A stretch of DNA of 64,000 nucleotides, taken from the NCBI GenBank assembly GCA_022821275.1, contig JAJEDY010000095.1, forward strand, positions 2,700-66,699. Reading direction: 5' to 3'. The stretch is from Candidatus Latescibacterota bacterium. Its GTDB lineage: Bacteria > Latescibacterota > UBA2968. The notes beneath the pieces were generated by a model. It saw only the letters and a list, made by a program, of their open reading frames with translations, had not been told where the DNA came from and did not search any database. The position numbers were made by a program, and so were the translations under genes. Below are positions 8,725 through 18,218 of this stretch, one piece after another. Position 1 is the first letter of the stretch. Every line of letters starts with the position of its first letter.

Positions 8725-11142
8725 TCACTCGTAACGAAGCGCGTCAACCGGATTGGCGCGTGCAGCGCGGATGGCCTGAAAGCTGATGGTGCAAAATGCG
8801 ATCAAAAGCACCAGCAGGCTGCCAGAGAGAAATACGCTCGGATCCAGATCGATTCGGTAGGCAAAGCGGTTGAGATAGGACCGGATGAAGAGATATGCGG
8901 CAGGCCAGGCTAGCAGACTTGCGACTATGATGAGCACTGCAAGTTCCTTCAGAAGAAGAATTAGAATATCGCCAGACGATGCACCAAGGACTTTGCGAAC
9001 ACCAATTTCTTTGGTGCGGACTTCTGTGGTATAGGCAATCAAGCCCAATAGACCCAGACAGGCGACAAAAATGGCCAGGCCTGAAAGATAAGTGAAGGCC
9101 TTCTGGGTACGCATTTCGCCCTGGTAGAGGTTATTCAAAAAACCATCGACAAATAGAAATTTGAAGGCGTGAGCTGGCACAAAATCCTTCCATACTGATG
9201 CGAGAAAGTCCAGTACTCTGGGCAGATTGTCCATACGCACTTTGACGGTGACATAATCGTACGCTCGTCCGTGGTATATAAGCATCAGGGGCCGCACGGG
9301 ATTGTGCAGACTGCTGTTATGAAAGTCTTTGAAAATACCGACGACAGTGCAATCCCTATCCCAAACGCGCAGGACGATACCCGGTTTTGCGCCGCCCAGT
9401 GCCTGAGCGGCTGTCTGGTTCAGGAGCAATTTGAATTGATCTTTGTCAGTTAGGGCCAACGGCCTGCCTTCAAGGATGGGGATGTTATAGACCTCGGTAA
9501 ATTTGTGATCCACCGACAGGTAGTGGACATTCATGGAATCTGCGTGGTCCAGCCGTCTGACCAACGAGCGGTCAGTATTATTTTCATAACCGGGCGGAGC
9601 CAGAGAAACAGTCGCGCCCAAAACGTCGGCACTTGCTTCAAAACGGTCTCGAATAATTTCAAAGTGCTCGCGCAAGCGTCGATCTTCTTTAATCAGGGGC
9701 ATTGTAATTAAGCCCTCTTTTGCAAACCCGAGGTCGCGTGTGCGAATATAGTTTGTTTGCTGCCAGGCAATGAGGGTACCAATGACAAGGACCACCGAAA
9801 TGGCAAATTGGAAAGTTACCAGACTACGCCGAAGTTGGGATCGTCCGCCGATCTTCTGTCCTGATCCCTTTAGAACTTGCACAGCAGCAAAGGATGATAA
9901 GAACATCGCTGGGTAGGCACCGGCAATTAGGCCAACAAAGAGTGCGAGCAATGCAGCACCGACGACGGACCAGACACTTAGCTGTAAAGAAGAAATTAGC
10001 AGGTTGTTGACTGTAGGAAGGGCAAGCTCGACAATAGCAAGTGCTAAAATAGCCGATATCCCGGCAAGGAGAACAGTCTCTCCGAGAAACTGGGTGATAA
10101 GCTGGGCGCGTGTAGATCCCACGGCCTTGCGGACACCAACTTCCAGGGCGCGGTTCGCTCCCCGCGCTGTGGATAGGTTTACGAAATTGACACATGCCAG
10201 CGCCAAAATGATTGCTCCGACAAGGCCAAAAGTATAGCAGCGGTTGATGTCTCCTAAAACAAGACCGACCTGCCGGTCCGACCCATCCATCTGCAATTGG
10301 AAATCGCGTCTGGCATATAAATGCTGACGACGCAAAGGCATAAGGTCGTAAGTATCACGCGGATCAGCACCATCGCCCAGATGACGATGTGCAAAATCCT
10401 GGAGCTTGGAACGAAGAGATGACGGGGAAACATCAGGCGCGAGCCGGACAAAGGTTCGCAGAATGAGGAATCCCGTTGTGGGTGACCACTGTCTTCGATT
10501 CCATGCTGAACCTGCAGGTCCCCTGGTTCCCTCATGAGTCACTAACAGGTCAAACATAAACTCACCCGATGTGGTAGCTGGCTGATCGCGGAGAATACCG
10601 TCGATGAGGAAGTCGCCTTCCACCCACTTGTAGTAAATTTTGAGCGTTCGACCAACAACGTCTGTGGTGCCAAAGAGCTTTTGTGCAAAACTTTCTGTGA
10701 TATAGACGGATCCAGGTGTTAATTCGGGTGGCTGGCTTCCGTCAATTAATGGGAAGGTGAAAAAGCGCAGGAAATTGGGATTGGCCACAGTACCGCGCAC
10801 ATCAAAGCCGCGATCTTCAAGACCAGCCCACATGGGGCGCGTGAGAAAGCGGGTCATATCCTTAATTTCGGGCAATTCATCGATAAGTGTGGGTCCAGCC
10901 CGGTCCTGAGTACCGAGTGCGTAATATGGGAGGCCGCCACCTGATGGGTGTACAAGCCGCATCACGCGATGAATGCGGTCTATGTCCCGATGATAGGCGT
11001 CATAGCTGAACTCGTGCTGCAAGAACAGACCGACGAGGATACAAGCCGCCATCCCCACGGCAAGGCCAAAGATGTTGACGAGCGTGTAAAGGCGGTGCCG
11101 AAAAAGATTGCGGAAAGATGTGCGGAGATAACTCAAAACCAT
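8725..11142 (-). CDS. ABC-transporter permease, MacB/FtsX duplicated type
   Basis: LEVGVRKAVGS and RTKEIGVRKVLGAS modules. The preferred start is MVLSYLRTSFRNLFRHRLYTLVNIFGLAVG at 11142, because the 35-aa track extension overlaps the upstream methyltransferase gene. Confidence 0.85.
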   Translation of the reverse strand: MVLSYLRTSFRNLFRHRLYTLVNIFGLAVGMAACILVGLFLQHEFSYDAYHRDIDRIHRVMRLVHPSGGGLPYYALGTQDRAGPTLIDELPEIKDMTRFLTRPMWAGLEDRGFDVRGTVANPNFLRFFTFPLIDGSQPPELTPGSVYITESFAQKLFGTTDVVGRTLKIYYKWVEGDFLIDGILRDQPATTSGEFMFDLLVTHEGTRGPAGSAWNRRQWSPTTGFLILRTFVRLAPDVSPSSLRSKLQDFAHRHLGDGADPRDTYDLMPLRRQHLYARRDFQLQMDGSDRQVGLVLGDINRCYTFGLVGAIILALACVNFVNLSTARGANRALEVGVRKAVGSTRAQLITQFLGETVLLAGISAILALAIVELALPTVNNLLISSLQLSVWSVVGAALLALFVGLIAGAYPAMFLSSFAAVQVLKGSGQKIGGRSQLRRSLVTFQFAISVVLVIGTLIAWQQTNYIRTRDLGFAKEGLITMPLIKEDRRLREHFEIIRDRFEASADVLGATVSLAPPGYENNTDRSLVRRLDHADSMNVHYLSVDHKFTEVYNIPILEGRPLALTDKDQFKLLLNQTAAQALGGAKPGIVLRVWDRDCTVVGIFKDFHNSSLHNPVRPLMLIYHGRAYDYVTVKVRMDNLPRVLDFLASVWKDFVPAHAFKFLFVDGFLNNLYQGEMRTQKAFTYLSGLAIFVACLGLLGLIAYTTEVRTKEIGVRKVLGASSGDILILLLKELAVLIIVASLLAWPAAYLFIRSYLNRFAYRIDLDPSVFLSGSLLVLLIAFCTISFQAIRAARANPVDALRYE

Positions 11143-11149
11143 TTTGACC

Positions 11150-11779
11150 TCATTCTGAATTCGTACCTGAAGCCACGAATATCCCGATGCTGGCAAACTC
11201 GCCGCCACAACTCGACTGCGCTTCGCAACACGTACCGATGCTGTCAATACGTATTTCTCTCAGTCCCGCGCTCTGAAACCACGCCACAATATCTGCTCTT
11301 TTGAAACCCATCCAGCGGTCGTGGTGTTCTTCTCGCAGGAAGTCAAATTCGTGTTCATCAAGATCAGTGATCACCAGTTTACCGGCAGGCTTCAGGATTC
11401 TGACCATTTCTGCGATTGCTTCTGACGGGGATTCGACATGGTGGAGACACATGTTGGCAAAAGCATAGTCAACCGTTGCATCGGAAATGGGTAGATTTTG
11501 GGCTTGTCCAATGCGATAGTCAATTGTCTCAATGCCCGCAAATTTTCTCTTCATTTCTTTCAGGATTGCTTCAGACTGATCAACTGCAATGACCTGAAGC
11601 CCTGCCCGTATAAGACTCTCAGAGATAAAGCCTGTACCTGCGCCAATATCAGCGGCAATTTTGCCTTTTTGTACAGCAGCGGTAGAAAGTGCTGTCACTC
11701 TGACTTCATCGGAGAAGAAATTTTCGCGCATGTCGTCCCAGTCTTGGGCAACGCGATCAAAATAGTCCTTACTGCTCAT
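11150..11779 (-). CDS. Class I SAM-dependent methyltransferase with Cys-rich C-terminal tail
   Basis: Motif I DIGAGTGF, then VDYAFANMCLHHV. The C-terminus is GTCCEAQSSCGGEFASIGIFVASG. Confidence 0.85.
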   Translation of the reverse strand: MSSKDYFDRVAQDWDDMRENFFSDEVRVTALSTAAVQKGKIAADIGAGTGFISESLIRAGLQVIAVDQSEAILKEMKRKFAGIETIDYRIGQAQNLPISDATVDYAFANMCLHHVESPSEAIAEMVRILKPAGKLVITDLDEHEFDFLREEHHDRWMGFKRADIVAWFQSAGLREIRIDSIGTCCEAQSSCGGEFASIGIFVASGTNSE

Positions 11780-11807
11780 TGGTATTTATTCCTTCCTGAA
11801 AGGGTGA

Positions 11808-12503
11808 TCAAGAATACCTGAATAGATGGGTTTGCCATCTCGATAAGGGGCTTTGTTGCGTTTGATTGAACAGCTTCAAAGAGGCCCGAGCGTCCAGGCT
11901 TTCAGATGATTGCAATGGGTTGCAGAAGGTGTATTCGAGTCCTCCCCTGTCTTCTTCAAGCGCGTATGATTCCAAACAGTGCATCAGGTCTGGTCGCGCA
12001 AGATCAAATGGGACACAATCCGTGGTCGCCAGAACGCCTTCGTGATGGAATCCCGGGACGTCTTTCTCCAAATTGGTAATCCGCGACATGCCGTACTGAT
12101 AGGAGATGCTGAGGAACACACAACCTCCGCTGACCAGGTATTCTCTGGCACCGCGCAGAACGATTCTCCTGTACTCGAATCCGTCATCGTTCTCGCTGGA
12201 CGGCGGGTTGGCCAATATAAAATTCACTTTTCCCTTCAGGCTTTCCAGTTCACGGCGATCTGTATCGGAAAATGGGTCGAAGGAGTCGGAGCGCAAGAAT
12301 CTGGTTTTCGCTTCGACCTTGTTCAATCGCGCGTTTTCGCTGGCTGTTGCCACATTGTCTTCAGTGATGTCGAATCCAATTATGCGGTTTACTTCGGGAA
12401 TCCGACTGGCAGCGATGGAGAGACAGCCTCCGCCACATCCCCAATCGATTCCTAATGAAGCAAAAATTATGCCAGAAAAGTCAAATATTGATATAACAAT
12501 AGG
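11808..12503 (-). pseudogene. 5'-truncated SAM-dependent methyltransferase (NPPS motif IV)
   Basis: The frame is open from 12503, just after an in-frame TAA. It encodes ...GIDWGCGGGCLSIAASRIPEVNRIIGFDITEDNVATASEN...ILANPPS... Motif I (GCGGG) lies upstream of the first canonical start, the GTG at 12353. There is no ATG, GTG or TTG between 12503 and 12353, and only ~18 codons precede motif I. Confidence 0.55.
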
Positions 12504-12628
12504 TTACGAAAATTACTGGAATTTAGCGTCTTATAAAGTGTCCGATTTTGATACAGTGGTGTCCGAAAATGAACACTTGGGCGAGGAGAAATGCTTGAGA
12601 TGCTTCTGACATTTTTCGTTTGCTTTTT

Positions 12629-12644
12629 GTAGCGTGTACGCTAC
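12629..12644. promoter_or_regulatory. Palindrome GTAGCGT-GT-ACGCTAC, putative TA operator
   Basis: Perfect 7-bp arms, 10 nt upstream of the toxin ATG at 12654. Confidence 0.4.
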
Positions 12645-12653
12645 ATTCTGAAT

Positions 12654-12992
12654 ATGAATGTATTTCCCAGGACGGTACGCAATTATGTTACCCTTCAAGG
12701 GCGTGTGCCCTTTGAGGATTGGTTGCAATCTCTTAGAGATAGAAAAGCACGAGCGATTATCCGCAACCGAATCAACCGCGTGCGATTGGGGAATATGGGC
12801 GATACCGAGCCTGTGGGCGAAGGCGTATTTGAACTGAGAATCCACTATGGTCCAGGGTATCGCGTGTATTATGGGGAACTGGAAAGAGTAGTTGTAATAT
12901 TGCTCTGTGGCGGTACTAAACGCTCACAACGCCGCGACATTGAACGCGCCAAAATGTATTGGCAGGATTTGAGGAGCCGCAACAATGACTAA
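12654..12992 (+). CDS. higB: Type II TA toxin, HigB/RelE-like 'addiction module killer'
   Basis: PFEDWLQSL...RINRVRLGNMGDTEPVGEGVFELRIHYGPGYRVYYG...ILLCGGTKRSQRRDIERAKMYW matches the killer-protein family signature. Confidence 0.85.
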   Translation: MNVFPRTVRNYVTLQGRVPFEDWLQSLRDRKARAIIRNRINRVRLGNMGDTEPVGEGVFELRIHYGPGYRVYYGELERVVVILLCGGTKRSQRRDIERAKMYWQDLRSRNND

Positions 12993-13311
12993 AAAACAGG
13001 TTTTGAAACACACGGTCAGTTACGAAGAGGGACTGATAAAAGCTCTTAAAGACCCCGAAGAAGCTCGGGCTTATCTGGAAGTGGCATTGGATGAGTGTGA
13101 AGCAAGCGGTGAGACCGATGGGCTGTTATTGGCGTTGCGCGATGTCGCCCAGGCACAAGGTGGCGTTGGTGCATTGGCAGAACGCGCTGGATTGAACCGC
13201 GAACATCTCTATCGCGTGCTTTCAAGTCGCAGCAAACCAAAGCTCGACAATCTGATGGCTATTATTTCCGCCCTGGGGTTCCGGCTGAGGTTAGATTGTA
13301 TCAAACTGTAG
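12985..13311 (+). CDS. higA: Type II TA antitoxin, HigA-like HTH 'antidote'
   Basis: DPEEARAYLEVALDE...LLLALRDVAQAQGGVGALAERAGLNREHLYRVLSSRSKPKLDNLMAIISALGFRLRL. It overlaps the toxin gene by 8 nt. Confidence 0.85.
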   Translation: MTKKQVLKHTVSYEEGLIKALKDPEEARAYLEVALDECEASGETDGLLLALRDVAQAQGGVGALAERAGLNREHLYRVLSSRSKPKLDNLMAIISALGFRLRLDCIKL

Positions 13312-13324
13312 CAGCAATGACTGG

Positions 13325-13573
13325 TTAGTCCTGAGTGCGTTTGTCTCCGAAAGCGGCGATTCCAAATATGATTGCCGCTGCTATGAGTATCCCCAAAGTC
13401 CAATTTGAGGGTAAGGACAATGCGGGTATAAGTAGCACAATGAGAACACCAAGGGGACCTATAAAACGACGCAAGGATATTTGACCTTTTCGCCATTTTA
13501 TATATCCCACGACTTGCAATGCAACCAGAATGCCTATAGCCAGGATCAGCAAGATCATATACATGGTTTTCAT
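13325..13573 (-). CDS. Small membrane protein (3 predicted TM helices)
   Basis: 82 aa and strongly hydrophobic (ILLILAIGILVALQVVG; LGVLIVLLIPAL; LGILIAAAIIFGIAAF). It is the last gene of the co-directional cluster. Confidence 0.45.
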   Translation of the reverse strand: MKTMYMILLILAIGILVALQVVGYIKWRKGQISLRRFIGPLGVLIVLLIPALSLPSNWTLGILIAAAIIFGIAAFGDKRTQD

Positions 13574-13586
13574 CTCCTGAAATAAA

Positions 13587-15569
13587 TTACCATCCGTGAA
13601 TCCCGTGTCCCTGATCTGGAAACCAGATCACATCTACAAGGAATGCGATTCCTATTGCAAATACAAATCCCACGATTAACCCATAACAACACGGGCGCAC
13701 CCGCCGGTAGAGCAAGATCCCTCCGAATTGCAACACCAGCAGCTTGGCCAGCCATACTAAGAAAATATCCAGAATATAAATGCGCATGTACCAGCTATAC
13801 ATGACCATCAATCCCATGGGGTGGATGGGCCACCAGGGGATTCTCGCCTGAAGTACGGCAAATATTAGCGCACCCAGGGTGCCCAATAAATACACGCCGG
13901 TCTTTTCTATATCTGGAACAGATCGGTCTGTGTCGCCAACCGCTCCGGCGATGATATTGTACCGTTCGCGTGCAGAACCTTCCAATGCCCAGGAATGAAA
14001 GCTGGCACCGCCCCAGGTATAACACAGCCAGACCGTATAAGAAGCACCGATGATCACGCCGAGGAGCACGCCGATCCAGATCAATCGGTTTGTCTTTGTG
14101 GATCTCGCCATTGTCCGTTCTATATTGGGTAGCGCCGTTGGTACGCGCCAGCCTGCCAGCAAACGGTGATTGACCATGTGCGTGCTTACCAGCGTGGGTG
14201 TGGACATATTGCGCGTGCCCACAAACATATCGCCCAGTATGGTTGTTCCACCTGCCCAAAAGGGAAATAAATAGGCGAAACCAGTGGCAGCTACCAGCTT
14301 CATCGATACAAAAAGGCCGATCCAGAATGCCGCCATCCACAATATCAGTGTTGATGGGCTGTTGCCCGACTGATAGAGCCAGAATGCCATATAGAGCAAT
14401 CCACCCGCAAGCACCAGCAAAGTGCTACGCGGAGACAGGATCATTGTTTCGGAGGCTTCTCCTGCAATTGGACTGCGAACCTGTCGCCAGACGCGTTTCA
14501 GATGCCCGCGTGCTGCCCATATCGCCCAGAGAGCCAGTCCCAACATCGCCCCGTTTGAAAAAAGGTTCACGATGACGCCCGCATCGGCTTCTTGCCCGCT
14601 CATTCCCACTGTGAACCCCACGCGATTCATGGCGTATTGTGCCCCCAGCCCTACGAGATAAACCGACCAGATGCTGAACAGGATGTTCAGGTCGCACAGA
14701 AAAGTAAATCCCATCAGGGTGGGCAGAATGCGGTAGGAGAAGGCAAATGGCGGCAAGTACCGGGACAGGGGCGCGCCTCTGCGTCCGGTTCGCCCGAACA
14801 TGGGGTCAAAAATTGCAATGCGAGGGAAATCGGGGATGAAGTATTCTGCGATGTTCCACAAGAGGGGTAGTGCTGCGATAAAAAACCCCGCCCAAAATGC
14901 CTTGCTTTGCATAAAGGCAGGCCAACCCGGTTTTCGGTCAAATCCTTCGGTGAGTTCCAGGGAGACTTCGGCGAGGGGATAGACGAGTCGCTCGTGTTGC
15001 GCCCATTGTTTTTGAAATAATGCGGTTAATCCCAATCCGACGGCTGTGATTGCGAGAGCGATGGATCCCGCCCAGAAAATTGGTCCCAACCACGCGCCCC
15101 AGGGTACGCCTGACCATATTCCCTGATAGAAGCCATCGACCACACCCGGACTGTTTAACGGCAGCATCCAGTTGGGCAAGTCGTCAAAATACAATTCTTC
15201 CCAGCGGTTCTCTGGCGAGGCAAAATAGCGCGGTGCGGCCATCATGCCAGCCCACTGCGTTGCCCAGTTAAAACCGGCAAATAAGCCGCCGACCCACAAG
15301 AGGCAAAATAGCACCCGCATCTCTGTTGCGGATAGCGATAATTGGGGCCAAAAACGCTTGAATATCGAATTGCCCAGGAGCCAGAATACGAAGGGCAACA
15401 ATACGGTCATTGGCAGATTGGACATTGCCAGGAGACCGGATCGCGTGCTCAGTTCCACATACGTTGACATCACGCACGTAAATACCAGCGTGCCTACCAT
15501 CGCCAATACAGCGGTTTTGCGTACCCTGTTCTCTGTCTCTAAAGTTTCAACGCTTTGTAATTGAGCCAT
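13587..15569 (-). CDS. Large polytopic membrane protein of unknown function (paralog of 18219-20177; possibly DUF6785/DUF6784-type)
   Basis: More than 12 hydrophobic segments. Motifs shared with the paralog include SPENRWEE / SPENRFWE, KQW.QHERLVYPLAEV / KQWLMHERLSFPLATV, and the C-termini WFPDQGHGIHGW / WFPLNRHFVHGW. The preferred start is MAQLQSVE at 15569, because the track start at 15656 is a GTG inside a terminator hairpin. Confidence 0.7.
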   Translation of the reverse strand: MAQLQSVETLETENRVRKTAVLAMVGTLVFTCVMSTYVELSTRSGLLAMSNLPMTVLLPFVFWLLGNSIFKRFWPQLSLSATEMRVLFCLLWVGGLFAGFNWATQWAGMMAAPRYFASPENRWEELYFDDLPNWMLPLNSPGVVDGFYQGIWSGVPWGAWLGPIFWAGSIALAITAVGLGLTALFQKQWAQHERLVYPLAEVSLELTEGFDRKPGWPAFMQSKAFWAGFFIAALPLLWNIAEYFIPDFPRIAIFDPMFGRTGRRGAPLSRYLPPFAFSYRILPTLMGFTFLCDLNILFSIWSVYLVGLGAQYAMNRVGFTVGMSGQEADAGVIVNLFSNGAMLGLALWAIWAARGHLKRVWRQVRSPIAGEASETMILSPRSTLLVLAGGLLYMAFWLYQSGNSPSTLILWMAAFWIGLFVSMKLVAATGFAYLFPFWAGGTTILGDMFVGTRNMSTPTLVSTHMVNHRLLAGWRVPTALPNIERTMARSTKTNRLIWIGVLLGVIIGASYTVWLCYTWGGASFHSWALEGSARERYNIIAGAVGDTDRSVPDIEKTGVYLLGTLGALIFAVLQARIPWWPIHPMGLMVMYSWYMRIYILDIFLVWLAKLLVLQFGGILLYRRVRPCCYGLIVGFVFAIGIAFLVDVIWFPDQGHGIHGW

Positions 15570-15650
15570 GAATTGAATAAAAAAAGGAAGAGATATAATG
15601 CGGATACCGGGTATATACGGCAAAAGACCGATAAGGCTCAAGAAAAAAAT

Positions 15651-15686
15651 AGGCACCGACGAAAAAATATACTCCGTCAGGTGCCT
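15651..15686 (-). terminator. Intrinsic terminator-like hairpin (dispersed family AGGCRCYTGACGG...CCGTCGGYGCCT + T-run)
   Basis: The minus strand reads AGGCACCTGACGGAGTATATTTTTTCGTCGGTGCCTATTTTTTT. It lies 43 nt downstream of the GWxTD gene stop. Confidence 0.55.
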
Positions 15687-15728
15687 ATTAAATGATGGTG
15701 CGAAACCAGCCCCCAGCCCCTCTCTTAT

Positions 15729-18206
15729 TTATCTGCGTTCATCTGCGTCATCTGCGGATCCATATTGAAAACTTACCGCTCTACTGGTTTGTTCACCGCT
15801 CACGAGATCCGTAATCTGTATCTCCAGCACATTCACACCGCGCTTGACCTTTTGCAGATCCAGTTCGACATATTCGCGCGTGCGCGTGTCCTTGCCCACC
15901 TGTTCATAACTCACGGATACCTGCGGTTTGCGGTATTTGATAAACGCGCTCAGTCCCGTGGCGACCGAACCCAGAATACCAGAGATGGCCCTGGGATTGT
16001 ATCGAACCAGATATTGCACTTTATAGCGGGTCTGCCCAAATGCGTCTTGTTTCAAATTGTAGAGTTCAAAATAGACGTAAACCTTTTGCGATCCGGCATA
16101 CGCTCGAGAAGGCATTGGCACCACCCAGATGTCCTCCTTCAAAAATCGGATATTCGACGGCTCCTCACCGATGTCATAAGCCAGTTCAATATCGCTAATT
16201 TGAAGTGCCTGAGATGTATAATCTCGTACATCCACGGCTTGTTTATAAAGTCCCACTCGCCCCGAATTCATATCTTTGAGTTGTACCTGAAGTTCGTATT
16301 CTCCAGGTGGAATATTCAGGGTCAATACATCGGGCACAAATACGCCTTTTGCCCGGCTGAACCCCTCGTTTTGGGGGCGTTCGTACAAAAAGACCTCGGC
16401 TTCTCTGTAAATATGGGTATGGCCCGCGTCGGCCAGTGCCAATGCAGCCTGTACCCGGATATAGTCCTGTTCTTCTGTCTGTCCGATTTTCACTTCTCCT
16501 GGCGGTACGCCGTAATAGACTTCCAGCGTGGTCTGCTCGCCGGGTCCTTGAAAAGAGGCCAGGTCGTAAAAAAAGTGCAGCGGGGCTTTGCCTATTCCTG
16601 GGCGGTAATAATCGGGTGTCTCGTCCTGGACCCGTTCGAACATCACTGCTGGGGCGTATTCGGTCAGGCGTCCGACCTTGCTGATGACCCGTTCTCCTGT
16701 CGGCGTGGTTGGCATTGGGGCAAATTCAAATTGACCGCTGGACAGTTCGTCGGTAAAGGTGAACTCCACGCCGCGACCGAGTTGGGTATAGGTCCAGGCC
16801 TCCCAGGGTACTGCCTGTAATTCTGAATCGAGCGTTACGGGCGCGTAATCTTCAAATCCGAATCGGGGATTAACCCGCCATGCCTCGTTGCGCTGGTTCA
16901 CAAATTCCGATTCGCTGGGCACATCTCGAAACGTCTCGGCTTCGAGGCTCTCCAGGCCCCCCTGTTCTGCCTGCGTCACCAGCACATCGTCTTGTTCGTC
17001 CAGATTTGACGTGGGCGCTTCTCCTCCCAGGCGGGCCAGCGTTGCTTCGAGCAATTCGTCTGGGGCGTTGAATGTCACACTGGTGCTATAGGGATCGCGC
17101 TGCACCTTTACCGGAAAAACCGGACCGCTAAACGTCAGGTACGCGGCTTCTGGGCCGTACATATCTACCGCCATCTGCGTGCGCACTGCCTCGACCTCTG
17201 TGCTCACTCGCACCTGCCGCTCGATAGACCGGGCGCGGTGATCGGGTTCTCCATAGCGGATATAGACCTCTCCACGCTTGTCCCAGGGTTGCTCGTGTTT
17301 GGAGAAAAACGTCCGGGCGTACCACACCCGGCGATAGTGTTCGATGATCCGCTCGTTGATCCCGGTCAAAATATCGGGGTCCCGCCGCCTCCAGAACCCT
17401 TTTAGATAAGCCTGTCGCTCGCCTTCGTCGGACAGAGCCTGATATGCCTGGCGCTCTTTTCCAGAGGCCACGAGAGAAATATCGGTATAATGCGCCCGCT
17501 CCGCCTCGTCCTGGTGCTGCAAATAACGCTCAAAATGTTCCAGTGCAGCCTGGTAATGTTCCAGAAAGAAGTAGCTCTGTGCAGTTAGAGGCAGGAGATG
17601 GATGGCGTCGGGATGGGTCTTTAGATAGGGGATGATATACCGCTCAATTTTGTCGTATTGTCCTGCCTGGATGCAGACCAGTCCGAAAGAATAAAGCCCC
17701 TCCGGGTTGTCTGGCTCCCGTTTCAGGTATTGCAAATAGTATGTAATCGCCTTTTCGCGGTCCTCTCGAAACCGTTCGTAGAGTTCGCTCAAAAGTCGAT
17801 AGGCTGGCGCGTAATTCGGGTCGAGTTTGGTCGCCCGTTTGGCTTCGCCCACTGCGCGTCGAAAGTGATATACGGCTTCCAGGCCCTTTGCCGGTCCTTC
17901 CACATAGGCCATCCCCAATCCGACATAGGCAGGGACAAAGGTTTTGTCCAGTTTCTTTGCCGCTTTAAAAGCCTTTTCGGCAGCTTCGTAATTCTTTGTT
18001 TTCAAATACGCATATCCCAGTTGCGTTTGCACCTCGACATCGTCGGGTTTGGCTTTGGTCAATTGTGCAAATGTCTCGACTGCTGCCTCGAATAAGTCAG
18101 TCGCCATCTGCTCTTTGCCCAGCGCGGTTAGTGAATCCGTTTTGGTTGTGGCAAAGACTGTTGCTGAAGAGAATATCAGTATTACCAGAAATGCAAAACG
18201 CACCAT
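15729..18206 (-). CDS. Secreted TPR-repeat protein with GWxTD-like domain
   Basis: Signal peptide MVRFAFLVILIFSSATVFA and N-terminal TPR repeats. The central segment FWRRRDPDILTGINERIIEHYRRVWYARTFF...PWDKRGEVYIRYGEPD matches the GWxTD-domain signature (FW..RDP...NE...EHY.R...A...F...GW.TDRG..YI.YG.PD). Confidence 0.75.
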   Translation of the reverse strand: MVRFAFLVILIFSSATVFATTKTDSLTALGKEQMATDLFEAAVETFAQLTKAKPDDVEVQTQLGYAYLKTKNYEAAEKAFKAAKKLDKTFVPAYVGLGMAYVEGPAKGLEAVYHFRRAVGEAKRATKLDPNYAPAYRLLSELYERFREDREKAITYYLQYLKREPDNPEGLYSFGLVCIQAGQYDKIERYIIPYLKTHPDAIHLLPLTAQSYFFLEHYQAALEHFERYLQHQDEAERAHYTDISLVASGKERQAYQALSDEGERQAYLKGFWRRRDPDILTGINERIIEHYRRVWYARTFFSKHEQPWDKRGEVYIRYGEPDHRARSIERQVRVSTEVEAVRTQMAVDMYGPEAAYLTFSGPVFPVKVQRDPYSTSVTFNAPDELLEATLARLGGEAPTSNLDEQDDVLVTQAEQGGLESLEAETFRDVPSESEFVNQRNEAWRVNPRFGFEDYAPVTLDSELQAVPWEAWTYTQLGRGVEFTFTDELSSGQFEFAPMPTTPTGERVISKVGRLTEYAPAVMFERVQDETPDYYRPGIGKAPLHFFYDLASFQGPGEQTTLEVYYGVPPGEVKIGQTEEQDYIRVQAALALADAGHTHIYREAEVFLYERPQNEGFSRAKGVFVPDVLTLNIPPGEYELQVQLKDMNSGRVGLYKQAVDVRDYTSQALQISDIELAYDIGEEPSNIRFLKEDIWVVPMPSRAYAGSQKVYVYFELYNLKQDAFGQTRYKVQYLVRYNPRAISGILGSVATGLSAFIKYRKPQVSVSYEQVGKDTRTREYVELDLQKVKRGVNVLEIQITDLVSGEQTSRAVSFQYGSADDADERR

Positions 18207-18218
18207 GACACACCTCCG

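Noticed and set aside
11143-11247. 35-aa N-terminal extension of the permease ORF 8725-11247
   Set aside because: It overlaps the 3' end of the methyltransferase gene. The internal Met gives the canonical FtsX leader (MVLSYLRTSFRNLF...).
15765-16820. 351-aa plus-strand ORF
   Set aside because: It is antisense to the TPR/GWxTD gene and has no motifs. The sense gene has a signal peptide, TPRs and the GWxTD signature.
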